Source of the DNA: Eledone cirrhosa
Taxonomy: Eukaryota
Length of the DNA stretch: 64,000 nt
Direction of reading: 5' to 3'
NCBI GenBank assembly: GCA_964016885.1
Contig: OZ024741.1
Span: forward strand, 200,446,001-200,510,000
Within the stretch, counting starts at the first letter, position 1. The number at the start of each line of letters is the position of its first letter. Both the position numbers and the translations under genes were made by a program. Positions 23,906 through 36,685 of this stretch are shown here, piece by piece. Under the pieces are notes generated by a model that saw only the letters and a program-made list of their open reading frames with translations, was not told the DNA's origin and ran no database searches.

Positions 23906-24190
23906 GGTCCGGGACTGGTTTGGAGATTCTTCTCCAAATCAGACCTGAAGACATAAAGAATATCCCGGATCACATCAAACTATCGGACGGGTGCGAAATC
24001 CAGGTGGTCACGGAGGGCAAACGGCCACATTGTTTCGTTTGTGGTGAAGCCACACACCTGCTAGTGCTTTTATCCCAACTGATAACTGCAGGGGGGCTGC
24101 AAATCTCCGTTGTTGCCAGCACCGGTGCCGGGACTAGGGACAACACCAACACCAACAGCAGCAACAGAAAAGGAAACAGCACTACTAGCA
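22837..24190 (+). mobile_element. Tx1 ORF1-only fragment (diverged type A) with an expanded (GA)n
   Basis: Asn/Thr-rich start, RRTVRVLVPKI...LWWLL, knuckle CFVCGEATHL; (GA)n at about 23851-23903. Confidence 0.82.
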
Positions 24191-25358
24191 ACAAGAGCAG
24201 GAATTTTCAGAGTTATGACAAGAGTTAAATGCAAATATAGGATCTAAAGTTTGCTTCAGGAACATTTGGAGGATACATATTATGAGCAAAAATTAATCTA
24301 TATATATAAAACTGAGGATGTGTGTGTGTGTGTGTGTGTGAGTTTGAATCCCTAAAAATCGAGAAGCACCCAACCGACTGTTTTCAAACTTTACACATGT
24401 AAGAATTATGTTTCAGGGAGTGTTCTGAGCAAAAAGATCTCAAATTTTCAATGCCCTAGAGACCGCATTAGGCGATTTAGTGATCTCTCTCTATAATTCT
24501 TAGTCTTTCTCTTTTTAGATAGACACATACATATAACGTCGCGCCCTTATAAATTCTGTCTGTATGTCTGGCTCTCTGCATTACGTCACTTCCCTAAGGA
24601 TGTGTGTGTGTGTCTGTGAGTTTGAATCCCTAAAACTCGAGAAGTACCGAACCGACTTTTTTCAAACTTTACATGTGTATTACTTATGTTTCAGGGAGTG
24701 TTATGCACATAAAAATTCACATTAGGTGAAAAACTGCGTTTTTTCAGGTTTTTAGGTATTTTTTGAGGCGTTACGTCATACCTATTGCCTTGAAATTGTA
24801 ACTATGTATTAGTCAGTCTCTTCTTCATACCGTGAGCAAAGAAAATCCAACTTTTTATGGCCTAGGGTCCGCATTAGGTGAAAAACTTAATTTTTTCAGC
24901 TTTTTAGGGCTCCTTTGAGGCGTTACGTCTAGCCGATTTCCTCGAAATTTCAAGGCATATTATGCACATAAAAAAAATTCATTTTTTTGATCCCCTAGGT
25001 GAAAACCTGCATTTTTCCTGCTTCATTGAGGAAAATCTTAAAGATTATCCAGCCATCAGAGTATTCGGTTTATTTTCTTTACATAATGTCCAGGTATGCA
25101 GTTTTTCCACGATTAGGTCTGTTGGCGGCCCCCGTTCCAAAATACCTTATCCCGTACCACTGCTAGTATTTATATAAAGTACCCTATTTTTCACACGTAT
25201 TCCGACTCAGTTGCTTGGATACATTATATAAATATTAATGCTTGCTCTTATCTAACCTTTCATAATATGTATCCTCCAAATGTTCCTGAAGCAAAGTTTA
25301 GATCCTATATTTGTATTGAACTCTTGTAATAACTCTGAAAATTTTTGCCTTGTGCTAG
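24185..25358. mobile_element. Fold-back/MITE-like element with ~100-bp terminal inverted repeats, interrupted by a Helitron
   Basis: 24185-24286 is the imperfect reverse complement of about 25260-25358 (e.g. tttgcttcaggaacatttggaggatacatattatga). Confidence 0.72.
24297..25166 (+). mobile_element. Non-autonomous Helitron
   Basis: 5' TCTATATATATAAAA, 3' CTAG, inserted between A and T without a TSD; internal tandem duplication (about 24316 and 24598). No clear subterminal hairpin. Confidence 0.72.
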
Positions 25359-25526
25359 GATGAAACGGTCGTTAGTTATTAAAAGTTTGAAAGACTAAAT
25401 ACTATTTGATTATTATTTACATTGTATTTCGGCTCTGTATTATACTTGACATATTACATCGAGCAATATTCATACTTATAACTGTGGGTAATATTTAATA
25501 TTACTCACCATATATATATATATATA

Positions 25527-25875
25527 TGATGGCTGCCCTCTCGTTATCGAGTATGGCCATTGCACGATATACCATTATTAATCATTATTAATTAATTCTA
25601 TTGCGCAACGCCTGTGCGTGAAGATTTTTTAAGGTGAGGAAAGACTGTGCACTGAGCCAGTCCCACTCTCTGGGCGGCTGTAGCTATAACCCGAAAAGAA
25701 GAAAAGATCAACATCATCAGTAACTACCGAGCCGCAGGTTCTATGTCGGAATCATCCCTGTTTCCTGAGTTGCCTTCTCCTAGAAGAATGCCCTGACAAA
25801 GGCTAGGCGTCCTTCACTCCCAGTGATTTCACCGCGCGATCGGGTGTCCACCTCGATTATTTCTATGTCTCCGCG
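25527..25875 (-). mobile_element. Short non-coding RTE-related element
   Basis: On the minus strand it ends gagagggcagccatca-(ta)n, the same terminus as the RTE copies. Confidence 0.5.
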
Positions 25876-25876
25876 C

Positions 25877-26026
25877 ATATACATACACATGCACATATGC
25901 ATACACATATATACACATACATAGATATGTACATGTATATATAAAATTAAATATATATATATATATACACATTCATATATTTGTGTGTGTGTCTGTGTAT
26001 ATATATGTATACATATACATACACAC

Positions 26027-26093
<67 letters not shown>
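25877..26093. repeat. (TA)n/(CA)n microsatellite
   Basis: Directly visible. Confidence 0.9.
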
Positions 26094-26544
26094 AGAAAGT
26101 AAGTCCATAGAATCATTAGATAAAATATATACAGTATTTCTTCTCTCAATCAGCAGAATCAACCATACAAAAAATCATTGAAACGAGGCTATAAGTTTAA
26201 AATATACCTATGAAGAAATAATAGATAAATATATGATAGCTTTTTATCCGCGATTCATAGCCACAGAAAATTAACCTAGTATTTCTGATAACCTGTAAAA
26301 ATTGACTAGATATATAGTTAACCATACATAATTAGGTACAAAATCAAAGTTAGAAGAAAAAATGTACATAAACATACCAAAATCATCAAAATATATCGCT
26401 ACCCCGGAGGTTTCATTCGCTTTTTGGATATATCCGATCTTGGATAAATCAACGAGTTTCGAAGTCATCAGGAGACAAACTCAATTGGACAAAGATTTTT
26501 CTTAAATGATCCCCGCTAGAAACGAATTCAAAATGGCTAAGAAT

Positions 26545-29152
26545 TGTCACGTGGCCAGTGGTCAAGTCAAGGCGCGGAATGTTGGACTGATCATCGTCTG
26601 GTGCGCGCCAAGTTTCAATTTGTTGTGAAGCCCAAAGTAAGGGGGAAGAAGGTTGCACTTCCAAAACAACTAAACGTGGCTCGTCTGAAAACAGAGAAAG
26701 TCAGAGCTGAGCTGTGGAGGTCCCTTGAGTCTATGGAATGTGAAAACACTTGGGAATCATTAAAGAAAACCGTCTATGATGTTAGTGCTGGAGTTTTGGG
26801 TCATACCAATAGAAAGCATAAAGACTGGTTCGATGAAAATGATCCAGTGATCCAGACCTTGCTTGAAGAGAAACAAAAAGTGCTGACATTATTGTTGTGT
26901 GAGACACGTTCTAACAGGAGTGACCGGACCTTCAGGCAGATCAAGGCACCTGTGCGACATCGATTGAGAGTCATGCAGGATACCTGGTGGAGCCAAAATG
27001 CTGATGAAATCCAGAAGGCCTCATGATACAAAGCTCCTATACAGTCTGCTCAAGGAGGTGTATGGTCCGACCGGTTCACAAATATCACCACTTCACTCCG
27101 GGGACGGCAAAGAATTGCTCAGAGATCCGAAGGAAATCCTGATCAGGTGGCATGACCATTTTGATGAGCTTCTCAACAGACCATCAGAAATTGATGATGA
27201 GTTCATCCGGTTGATACCATCCAGACCTACAAAGCTGGCAATGGCTGATCCTCCTTCATTTGGTGAGGTGGCGAAGGCCATTGCTAAATTAAACAGCGGC
27301 AGGTCACCTGGAATGGATGGACTGAGTGCCGAGATTTTCAAGTGTGCTGGTGATAACTTCTTAAACCGCCTCACTGATCTCTTTGTGAATGTTTGGAATG
27401 AAGAAGATGTGCCACAGGTTTGGAAAGATGCACTGATGGTGGTACTTTACAAAGGAAAGGGAGCCAAAGATGACTGTGGCAACTACAGAGGTATTTCACT
27501 GCTATCTGTGGCTGGAAAGATCTTGTGCAGGATATTATTGGACAGATTGATACAGTACATTGCTGTTGAGGTACTTCCTGAGTCCCAATGTGGCTTTAGG
27601 AATGGTAGAGGCACTGTTGACAAGATCTTCTCGGCCAAACAACTTCAAGAGAAATGCATTGAGCAGCGCATGGACTTATATCAAATTTTTGTCGATCTGA
27701 CCAAGGCATTTGACACCGTTAATCGGAAGGCTTTGTGGGTTATTTTAGAGAGATTGGGCTGTCCTGAAAAGTTTGTGAACATTCTGAAACTCTTCCACGA
27801 TGACATGCAGGCATGGGTGAATGTTGGAGGTAAACTGTCTGAGCCAATCTCGGTTGAAAATGGTGTCAAGCAGGGTGATATACCTGCACCAACTTTGTTT
27901 GCCTTGTATTTCGCGATGGTGTTCTTCATGGCCTTCAATGATTGTCAACACGGTATCTATCTCAGATATCGCACTTCCGGCAAGCTGTTTAATCTTAGGC
28001 GTCTCACTGCCAACACTAAGGTACTGAGTACCTTTATCAGAGAATTTTTATATGCAGATGATTGTGATCTCTTTGCACACTCCCAGAGTGACATGCAACA
28101 CCTTATGGATTCTTTTTCCAATGCGTGCAGTGCTTTGGGACTGACAATCAGTCTGAAGAAGACTCTCATCATGTACCAACCTGCTCCGGATAAAGTTTTC
28201 AATGAACCCTCCATACACGTATACGGTCAAAAGCTGAAGGCTGCTGACACATTTGTGTATTTGGGGAGCGCTCTGAGTGTGACCTGTTCTCTGGATGCAG
28301 AAGCTGGTCTACGTGTTTGTAAGGCAAGTGAATCATTTGGAAGGCTCAACGACCATCTTTGGTGCAGGCGAGGAATCACAATGAGGACTAAGGTGAGAGT
28401 GTATGCTGCATGTGTACTGTCAGCTTTGCTGTATGTGTGTGAGATATGGGTTGCCTACAAACGGCATATCCACAGACTGGAACGGTTTCACCAGTAGTGT
28501 CTCAGAAAGATGCTTGGTATCAAGTGGCAGATGCTTGTGAGGGATGTTGAGGTCCTTGAGAGAAGTAAGTGTCGGAGCATTGCGATGGACCGGACACCTC
28601 TGCAGAATGGAGGATGATCGAATCCCAAAACAACTCTTGTATGGCGAGTTTTGTGAGGGTAAGAGACACCCTCACAAACCAAAGCTCCGATTCAAAGATT
28701 GTGTAAAGGACTCATTGAAAAAAAACTGGTTTGATGATGGCTGACTGGGAGATAGAATCTCTTAAAAGAGAAACTTGGCGTGGAATGGTGAATGTTGGGT
28801 TCCATAATTTTGATGACAGACGCATAGAGCACGAGACGATCAAAAGGGATGTGCGTAAGCAATGCCCTGGTGTATCTCTCGAAACGATCGGTGTCTCCAT
28901 TGAACTGAAGTGCCCTGAGTGTGGAAAAATTTGCGTGAGCAAATCTGGTCTCAGGAGCCACAGTCGCAGCCATGTTCAAAGAGAACCAGTGAACTATGAT
29001 CTCCACGGTGTTGTGAGGGTTTACGGGCAACCTGATGCGGGACCTCAAGCCAGGGAGATCCATGGTTGTCGTCACTGTGTGAAGGAGTGCAAGTCTCTAC
29101 ATCTGAATCTGACAAGCGATTGCAATACTCTTGGCATAATTTGCAGCCATCA
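26545..29152 (+). mobile_element. RTE-clade LINE, 5'-truncated and disrupted
   Basis: End of APE (CWTDHRLV); RT (NYRGISLLS, ESQCGFR, VDLTKAFDTV, GVKQG, LYADD); RTE-type C-terminus LRWTGHLCRMEDDRIPKQLLYGE and a C2H2 finger CPECGKICVSKSGLRSHSRSH. Frameshift near 27020 and stop at 28497. Confidence 0.93.
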
Positions 29153-29254
29153 TATATGTATTTATGCACGTGTATGCACGCATCTGTAAATGTGTATATC
29201 TGTGTAGGTAGTGTATGTTCATATATTCATTTATTATATATTTATTCATTCTCG

Positions 29255-30160
29255 GCAGAGTTGTTCTGCTAGAGAACAGGTCGCAGGTGGCGGATAGCGG
29301 TGCGGCCAGCAGATATGATGGCTAATTGAGATATAAGCGGGTAACTGCTGGACGAATAATCGACCCCAGACCAACAACGGTAAACTACTAGGGGAGATGG
29401 AACAATGGATGACACTTATAGCTCGCAAGACAACTCTCACAACCCAGTGACGTAGCTACGAGAAGGCGAGTAAAGGCCGCCTTTAAAAAAGCCTAGTCTT
29501 CGCGGGCTTGACAAAGTACCAGATTGGTGACTGGCGCGAATAAGACCACTGAAACTGAAACTGCAATATGACGAGGAAACCAAAAACGAACCATACGGCA
29601 TCGTCCTTTATGCGGGATAACACGGGACGCGTTCAGGCCTTAGGTAGAGGGGCCTGTTCAACAAATATATTGCAGTCTCCATTTTATGCCGCAAAAACTA
29701 GCGATGGGCCTATGACCGAAGCGTGGGATAGACGCACAAAGGTTGCGTATCCCGAGACCCCAAAAGGGATCCGGAAAAAAGCAAACTTTGACAATTGGAA
29801 TCTGGAACATCACAACCCTTACATGTAAGAAGCAGGAACTAGTGGGGGTGGCCAGATGCTACCGGCTAGATATAGTCGGGGTTTCCTCAACAAAGTTCCG
29901 TGGCTCAGATACTGTAGATTTGGATGGAGGATGGAAACTCCACTATTCAGGTGTAGTGCCAGAAATGACTGCACAGGCTGGAGTGGGACACTCACAAGTT
30001 CCTGGCTGTCAGAATGTGTCATGGACTGGATCCCATTAGGAGGGAGGATTTGCCTCTTGAAGCTTAGGCTGAACGATAGGTCTCTGTGGGTGGTGCAAGT
30101 TTATGCACCGAACAAGGAACCCGAATACAAGTCCTTCCTTGGTGAAATCACTGCAAAGAA
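29255..30160 (+). mobile_element. 5' part of a second RTE-like LINE (probable 5'UTR plus APE N-terminus)
   Basis: LTIGIWNITTL...YRLDIVGVSSTKFRGS...WKLHYSGV and VVQVYAPN. The 5' boundary is uncertain. Confidence 0.75.
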
Positions 30161-30219
30161 GTGTCATAGTCACGTGTCATAGTCACGTGTCATAGTCACG
30201 TGTCATAGTCACGTGTCAC
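30161..30219. repeat. 13-bp tandem repeat (GTGTCATAGTCAC) x4.5
   Basis: Four exact copies plus a partial one. Confidence 0.95.
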
Positions 30220-30285
30220 TGGTAATCGAACTTACAATCGTGATGAGAACACGACAACCAAGTCACGAGCCTTCACAAACCAAAA

Positions 30286-30480
30286 CATTTACAGACAGAA
30301 GGCCAAACAAATGGGTAAGAGAAAGGACGGTGGGAGACACTATTCTCATCACTGTAAAAAAAGAGGAAATGGACTAAGGCAGGACACATTAGCAGAAAGG
30401 TAGAAAAATGTTAAGCAAAATATTTTATGAAATGGCACGCGACAGTGCATGGTGAGATCGACAAATACTGGAACATTGCC
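30286..30480 (+). mobile_element. Degenerate RTE C-terminal fragment
   Basis: DRRPNKWVRERT... and KRKW..AGHI-like translation with frameshifts. Confidence 0.5.
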
Positions 30481-30504
30481 AACTGGCATTATAAACACTG
30501 AAAA

Positions 30505-30690
30505 GAGCGGTGGATTGACAGTATCGGTAGAGGGTCGGACGCCATGCTTTGCAGCACAGTTACGTCCCTTTACGGACTGAGTTCAAATCCCGCCGAGGTT
30601 AACTTTGCCTTTCATCCTTACGGGGTCGATAAAATAAAGTACCAGTAATACACTGAGATAATTGCTGGCCTTGTGTCAAAAGTAGAAACA
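30505..30690 (+). mobile_element. Full-length SINE with 17-bp TSD
   Basis: TSD attataaaca(c/t)tgaaaa at 30488-30504 and 30691-30707. Confidence 0.92.
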
Positions 30691-30812
30691 ATTATAAACA
30701 TTGAAAATATTCGCAAAGGCATATTGAGATTTCCAACTAGAGAAATGGATCAACATAGAGTAACACTAGTTTTAAGTATTCAGTACCCTTTCTCTTGTCT
30801 GGATAACGAAAT

Positions 30813-30842
30813 GCACGCACGCACGCACGCACGTACACACAC

Positions 30843-30912
<70 letters not shown>

Positions 30913-30917
30913 ACACG

Positions 30918-30981
<64 letters not shown>

Positions 30982-30990
30982 TGTGTGTGT
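30813..30990. repeat. (CA)n-(TA)n-(TG)n self-complementary compound microsatellite
   Basis: Directly visible. Confidence 0.92.
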
Positions 30991-31105
30991 TTTTCTTCTA
31001 TCATATATACACTCTGCCTGCGCATAGAGTACTTGGTTTGGCACCAACACCAGTACTTCACCGGACTACCTACACTATATATATAGTAATAATAATAATA
31101 ATAAT

Positions 31106-34100
31106 GATTTCATTTATTAGCCACAAGGGCCGACATGTAGGGGACAATACAAAGGCAGGGACAGTGGGGGTTTACAATAAGGTCGAGTAAAAGTGCACAA
31201 TGGCAAGACTAATTTAACAATGAAAATATAAAAATATAAAATAAACTATGCATAAATATAACAAAATAAATTCCCCGATAGGGGGTGGACGACCCTGGGG
31301 TGATTCGGGTACCCCACCAATCCTGAACCACCCTGCGCTTTTAGGGCACCCAGGAGAGCACCCCTCTCCTCAAGTTAGCCTGCCTATAGGCGCATGGTCA
31401 GAGTAGGCCCATTCACACGAGCCATTCTCGTCACATTCATCCACCTTTTAGCAAATGTACTGGGGGAAAGCACTTCTCTCTCCACCCTCACCCTCCTTTC
31501 CAGGTGAAACTTGAAGAAGTTGATGAGGGATTGGCCGAAGAGAATAGTGTCTGTCTTTAGTCCTTTCAACCTGGTCCACCATATAATCTCTTTCGCAACT
31601 GCCACCAGACAGAGGAAAATGTCCTGCTCTTCCTGACCTAAGGAAGGTGGCGGCTCTATCTTCACTATGGACTCGGCCGATAGCCGGATTCGTTCCACAC
31701 GCGACAGTAGCTGTTCGACATAACTCCACAAGTCAGTAATGCACGGACATTGGACAAGTGCGTGCAGAACGGTTTCGTCGTTCTGTACGCATCTTGGGCA
31801 GGTCCGTCTGACAGCAGTTCCGTGCCTGTAGAGTTTATCCCGAACCGGCAGTGCCCCCCCCCCCCCCCCCCCCGGTAGCACTGCCAAGCGAGGGATTTCT
31901 GGAAATTGTCCATCGTCCCCGGCTCAAAAGTCCTCCGGTACAGACTGGTCAGTTCGACTTCGTCGAGGCCCAAAGCTTCTCCGAGTGCGTCATCGCACTT
32001 GCCCACCACTAATCCTCTATAGAACTCGAGAGTGGAAGTTCCACTGATCGCATTGCCCGCTTGGTAGAGGGCAGTGAGTGCCTGGAAACATTCCAGGTGC
32101 CAGTCACCCAGTCTCGGTCTCTTCTTGACCCAGGACTGCAGCTCAGTCAAAGAAATGAGCTGCGGAAAGGCCCGTCTGATAAACGGCGACCACACCTGTT
32201 CACCATTGAGGCAGAATATCTGGAGATGTCGCAGCCTCAACGCATGTCTGCGCATCATTAGCCACGGCATGCCCAGCCCTCCGCGTAGAGGGTGCTGGCA
32301 GCAGATGGACCGCCTCACCAACGGAACTTGTCCCCGCCACAAGAATTTGAAGAGGAGCCGTTCCAACTTGACGAGGCGCAGACGGGGGCAAGGCACGACG
32401 GTTAGGCGGTAGTAGATGACGGACGCGATGTACGCATTCGCCACCTCCGCGCGACCTTTCAGTGATAGCTTCCTCCCAGCCCATTTTGGGGTGAGACTGG
32501 CTACTCTGCTCGTTACCCCGTCCCAATTCTTTTCCACCTGGAGGTCTGGTCCGAACCAAACCCCGAGCAACTTTACTGGTCCGTCCGTCCAGCGCCCCAC
32601 GACGCTGTTGGACGGCATGGGCTTGCCTCTCCAGGTTCCGAGCTGCAAGCCCACCGACTTTTCCGGGTTAAGTTTGGCTCCTGTCAACCTTTCATATTCC
32701 TTCAATAAGGTGCCGACCACCTCGATTTCTGAGGTGTTCGACACCATCACGGTGATGTCGTCCGCATAAGCCGACACCGCCTTTCCACGTCCCGGTTCGA
32801 GCGGGATGCCCTGCAACAGCTCCAGCTTCCGCAGTAAAGGCTCGAGAGTCAATACGTACAGAAGGGAAGAGAGAGGGCACCCTTGACGGACCGATCGGGA
32901 GAGCCGAAATGGTTCCGAGGTGTGGCCATAACCTTGACCACCGAGCGTGTGCCGCTGTGCATTGCAACGATCCAGCTTCTAAAGACAGGGCCGAAGCCAG
33001 CTGCTTTGAGGACAAACTCCAGATACCGATGGTCGACCCTATCGAATGCTTTCGATTGATCTAAATTGATCAGTGCCCCACCAGGTTTACACCCTACCCT
33101 CTCTATGATGTTTCGCATGAGGTGGAGATTGTCGTGTATGGACCTGGCTGGGATTGCGCAAGTTTGTGCCTCCCCAACCAAATCCTCGACGACAAGCGCC
33201 AATCTCTTTGCTAACACCTTGGCCAAAATCTTAAACTCTGTGTTGAGCAGAGTTATGGGCCTGAAGTTGTCTAATGTATCCCTCTTGTTCTCGTCTTTCC
33301 TTATCAGCGTCACCACTCCCCTGCTCACAGAACTGGGAATACTCCCATTCTGCTGCCAGTTACAGTAGAGTGCTTCGAGGAGTTCGGAGAACAAGTCTGG
33401 CATATTTACGTAAAGCTCGTAGGGCAGGCCATCCAAACCGGGTGACTTGCGCCTCATGCAGCCGACAAGGGCGTCCTGAGTTTCGGCTGAAGTAATCGGC
33501 CTTTCGCAGCGCTCAGCTTCGACCGTCGAGATGCGCGGCAAGCCGTCAAGGTAGGGAGTGAAATCCGCTACTCTCTCTGACTCGCCACTCTCCCTGAACA
33601 ACCGAGCAAAGTGCTGGCGAAAGGCCTCACACATCCGCTTGGAATCGTTTATCTCGTGTCCGTCTCGGTCCGCTAAAGACCGAATTGTGGTTTTATTACC
33701 ACGCTGCGCCTCCGCCACGCGGGCCCATCGAACAGCTTTAGTTCCCTCGTTTCTCAGCGCACGCGCCTTAGCTCTGACAATGCAACCTTCGTGTTTGGCA
33801 TTGAAGAAATGGTCTAAGGCCATTCTCGCCGCTAGCACGTCAGTTGCGATGCCACTACAAATAACCTCGTCTAACTTATCTACCAGCTCCCCCTCCTTTC
33901 TATTTTTCTCTAACGCTAGTTCTTTTCTGAACTCTATCGAAGTTACTCTAATCTCTCTTTTGAGAGCCCCCCACCATCTGTTGTTGATGATCCCCCCCCC
34001 TGTCAACTTTTGCTTAACTAACTTGTTGACTCGGTCCCTGTAAGGCTTACGTGCCGGAAATGACATGTTCAGCATCCAGTAACCCGGTCCTAACCTACGC

Positions 34101-36174
34101 GTTTTATTTAGGTCGACCGTACAGATCACAAATTTGTGATCTGAATAGGCGACCGTTTTAAAAAGTGGACAGCCCACACTATTTCTATCTATTTTCCTAA
34201 TGAAGATTCTGTCTATATACGATCTAGATTACCCCCATTCGGTTGGTCCATGTCCATACTGGCACATTGGGGAAATCTAGTCGATACCTGTCAGACAGTT
34301 GGAACTGGCTGAGTAGGTGCTTGAGGCTTTTGCACCCCCGATCCTATCGGCTACTCCCACACAATCCCAGCGTGCGTCTAAGATGCCATTCCAGTCCCCC
34401 GCTAACAGTAAAGGGCGAGACGTACCCAGAAAGGTCTCCAGGCGCCTAAAGAAGTCAGGTCGTCCGGCCCCTGTAGGGGCGTAGACGGCCAGCAGTCTAA
34501 AGGCACCACCTTCGCTACTGCTCACATCCAAGACCACCAACTTACCGTCCGGGTCCCGGAAGATCGACCTTACCTCGAGATCCAGTCCTTTCCTAAACAG
34601 CACTTCCACCCCACCCCCCATTCCCGGCCTGCTAACAGATGCGAAGATCTGATAGTCGTCGAAAATGGGGGCTAGTGCGCGCGTGTCGGAAATTCTTGTC
34701 TCGCTTACGGCAATCACATCCATTTCCAGCGACCGGAGGTCGTTGAGCAGGCGACCCTGCTTCCAGGGTGACCCCAGGCCGCGAACATTTAAACTTCCTA
34801 CTCTTAATATGGCCATATTGGTAAGCTAAGAGAGAGAGAGGGAAGGTTTACTTACCTCCCGGGTCTTGTGAAGGTCGGGTGGTTCGACCTCCATGGCTGG
34901 TGGGGTTTCTTTTGGGAACCCCTTTAAAAGTCTTGATGTGGGTTTCACATTCGGGTTTCCCACGTCTTGAGGAAAGCTCTCTCGAATTTCTTTGAAGGAA
35001 TTGAGTGACATTCGGATCAGAAGCAAATCTTCTGGCACGCAAAATGTGCTCATTTCAAAAATCTCCCCTCTGTTTGAATGTCCTCGCTTCGCGCTAAGAG
35101 GGCCATCAGTTTATCGTTGGCCCTTCTGACAAGCACGAAGTTTTTAACATTTTGTTGGTGTGGTTTTATTTGTTTTCGTTTTGGTGAAGGTGGTGGCGAT
35201 GGTTTTGGTGGTGTTGTTTCGGGTATGTCTATGTTTGTTGTAGGTGTGGTGTCTGCAATTTCAGGTATTTGTGTGTTTATTTGTACTTGTGTTTGTTTAG
35301 GTTGTTTGCGTTTCGGGGATTGTGGAGGTGGTGTCGATGTTGCTGATGGTGCTGATGTTATTGGGGAAGTGTTTGCGTTAGTGGTGTCTGTATTTTTTGT
35401 TGTGTGTTTTTTTGTGTTTTGTTGGGGCTTTTTTTTTTGTGAGTCTTCTCTGTTTTTTTGCACTTTTGGGTTTTCCTTCATCTTCGCTGCTGGAAGACAA
35501 AGGGTCTGTGTCTGTGAGTGTCTCTGTGTCTGTGTGTGCGTTTATTTTTTTTTTGTCTATGTGTATAATTGGGGGGCGGGGGGAGCTTTCCTCGTTTTCT
35601 CCTTGGATTGGTTTTGGTGTTGGTGGTGATCCGGCTGCTTTTGATGTTGGTGTCCGTGTTTTTGTTGATGTTGTTTTTGGTGGTGGTGGTGCAGCTTTCC
35701 GTGCTGACACTGGCGTTGGCAACAAAGGAGGTTTGCGACCCCCTGCATTTTTGCGCTGAGGGCAGAAGGCTTGAAGATGCGTTGCTTCCCCGCAAACGAA
35801 GCAGCGTGGCCTTCTTCCGTCAATCATTAGTTGGATTGTTGTCCCGTCCTGCAGGCGGGCAAAATCTGGGATGTTATTCATATCCTCCGGTTTCATTTGG
35901 AGAAGAATCTCCAAATCCATTCCGGACCAGTCCTCTCTCTCTGTCCTTTTGATGTCCAGGAGGGTGGTGTCTGTCCCCTCCTCGATTACGCATCCCAGCA
36001 GCCACCATATGTTCATTCCTGGTGGGATGCTGGGAATGCGTACCTTCACTGTCCTTTTACCCATATAGGACGGATGCATGATAATGCGTTCCGTTCTGCA
36101 GGGGGTCACCGAGTGCTTAATAGCGAGGGCCTCGGTTTTGAACAGTATCGAGATGGTACCGAACTGTTTGCCTC

Positions 36175-36175
<1 letters not shown>
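31106..36175 (-). mobile_element. Tx1 copy 4 (5'-truncated within type A ORF1; ORF2 34816-31384 nearly intact)
   Basis: (TAA)n at 31088-31105 and 36176-36223. ORF2 pieces contain APE, RT (AYADD) and the C-terminal CPRC...ETVLHALVQC motif; a few frameshifts, mostly at G runs. Confidence 0.95.
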
Positions 36176-36225
<50 letters not shown>

Positions 36226-36602
36226 TTGAAGATCCCGACAAGGGTGAAAGCAGCGAATCCTTGCTCAAACTTTAATCTGTTATTTTAATAAATATGAATA
36301 TATATGTAGGAGGTGAGTTTTATTGTAGTACAATAAAACAATGCAGATATCGGATAAGTAGCACTCATCCTCTTTTTCATCCTTTCCAACACCCTCCTCA
36401 ATTTTTTCCCCAATATCACACATCAATCTAAAACTACTTTTCATATGTTGATTTAAAACTGCACTATTCACAAGTGTTTTTTAACCTTCATATCATGTCT
36501 CCCTATTTTATCTGACGAAAACGCAAATGTCATTGCATGATGATATTTGTTTTTGAAATGCGCATAATAAAATACATGGAACTCTTTTATCCATCTTTTG
36601 AT

Positions 36603-36604
<2 letters not shown>

Positions 36605-36680
<76 letters not shown>
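36605..36680. repeat. (TA)n(GA)n microsatellite
   Basis: Directly visible. Confidence 0.92.

Positions 36681-36685
<5 letters not shown>

Noticed and set aside
26998-28497. RTE copy as an active element
   Set aside because: 5'-truncated within the endonuclease, with a frameshift near 27020 and a premature stop at 28497.
36225-36296. ~55-bp sequence shared with 42371-42426, with a loose GAAGA...GAAA hammerhead-like look
   Set aside because: Neither copy has the CUGA core; it is only supportable as an unclassified dispersed repeat.
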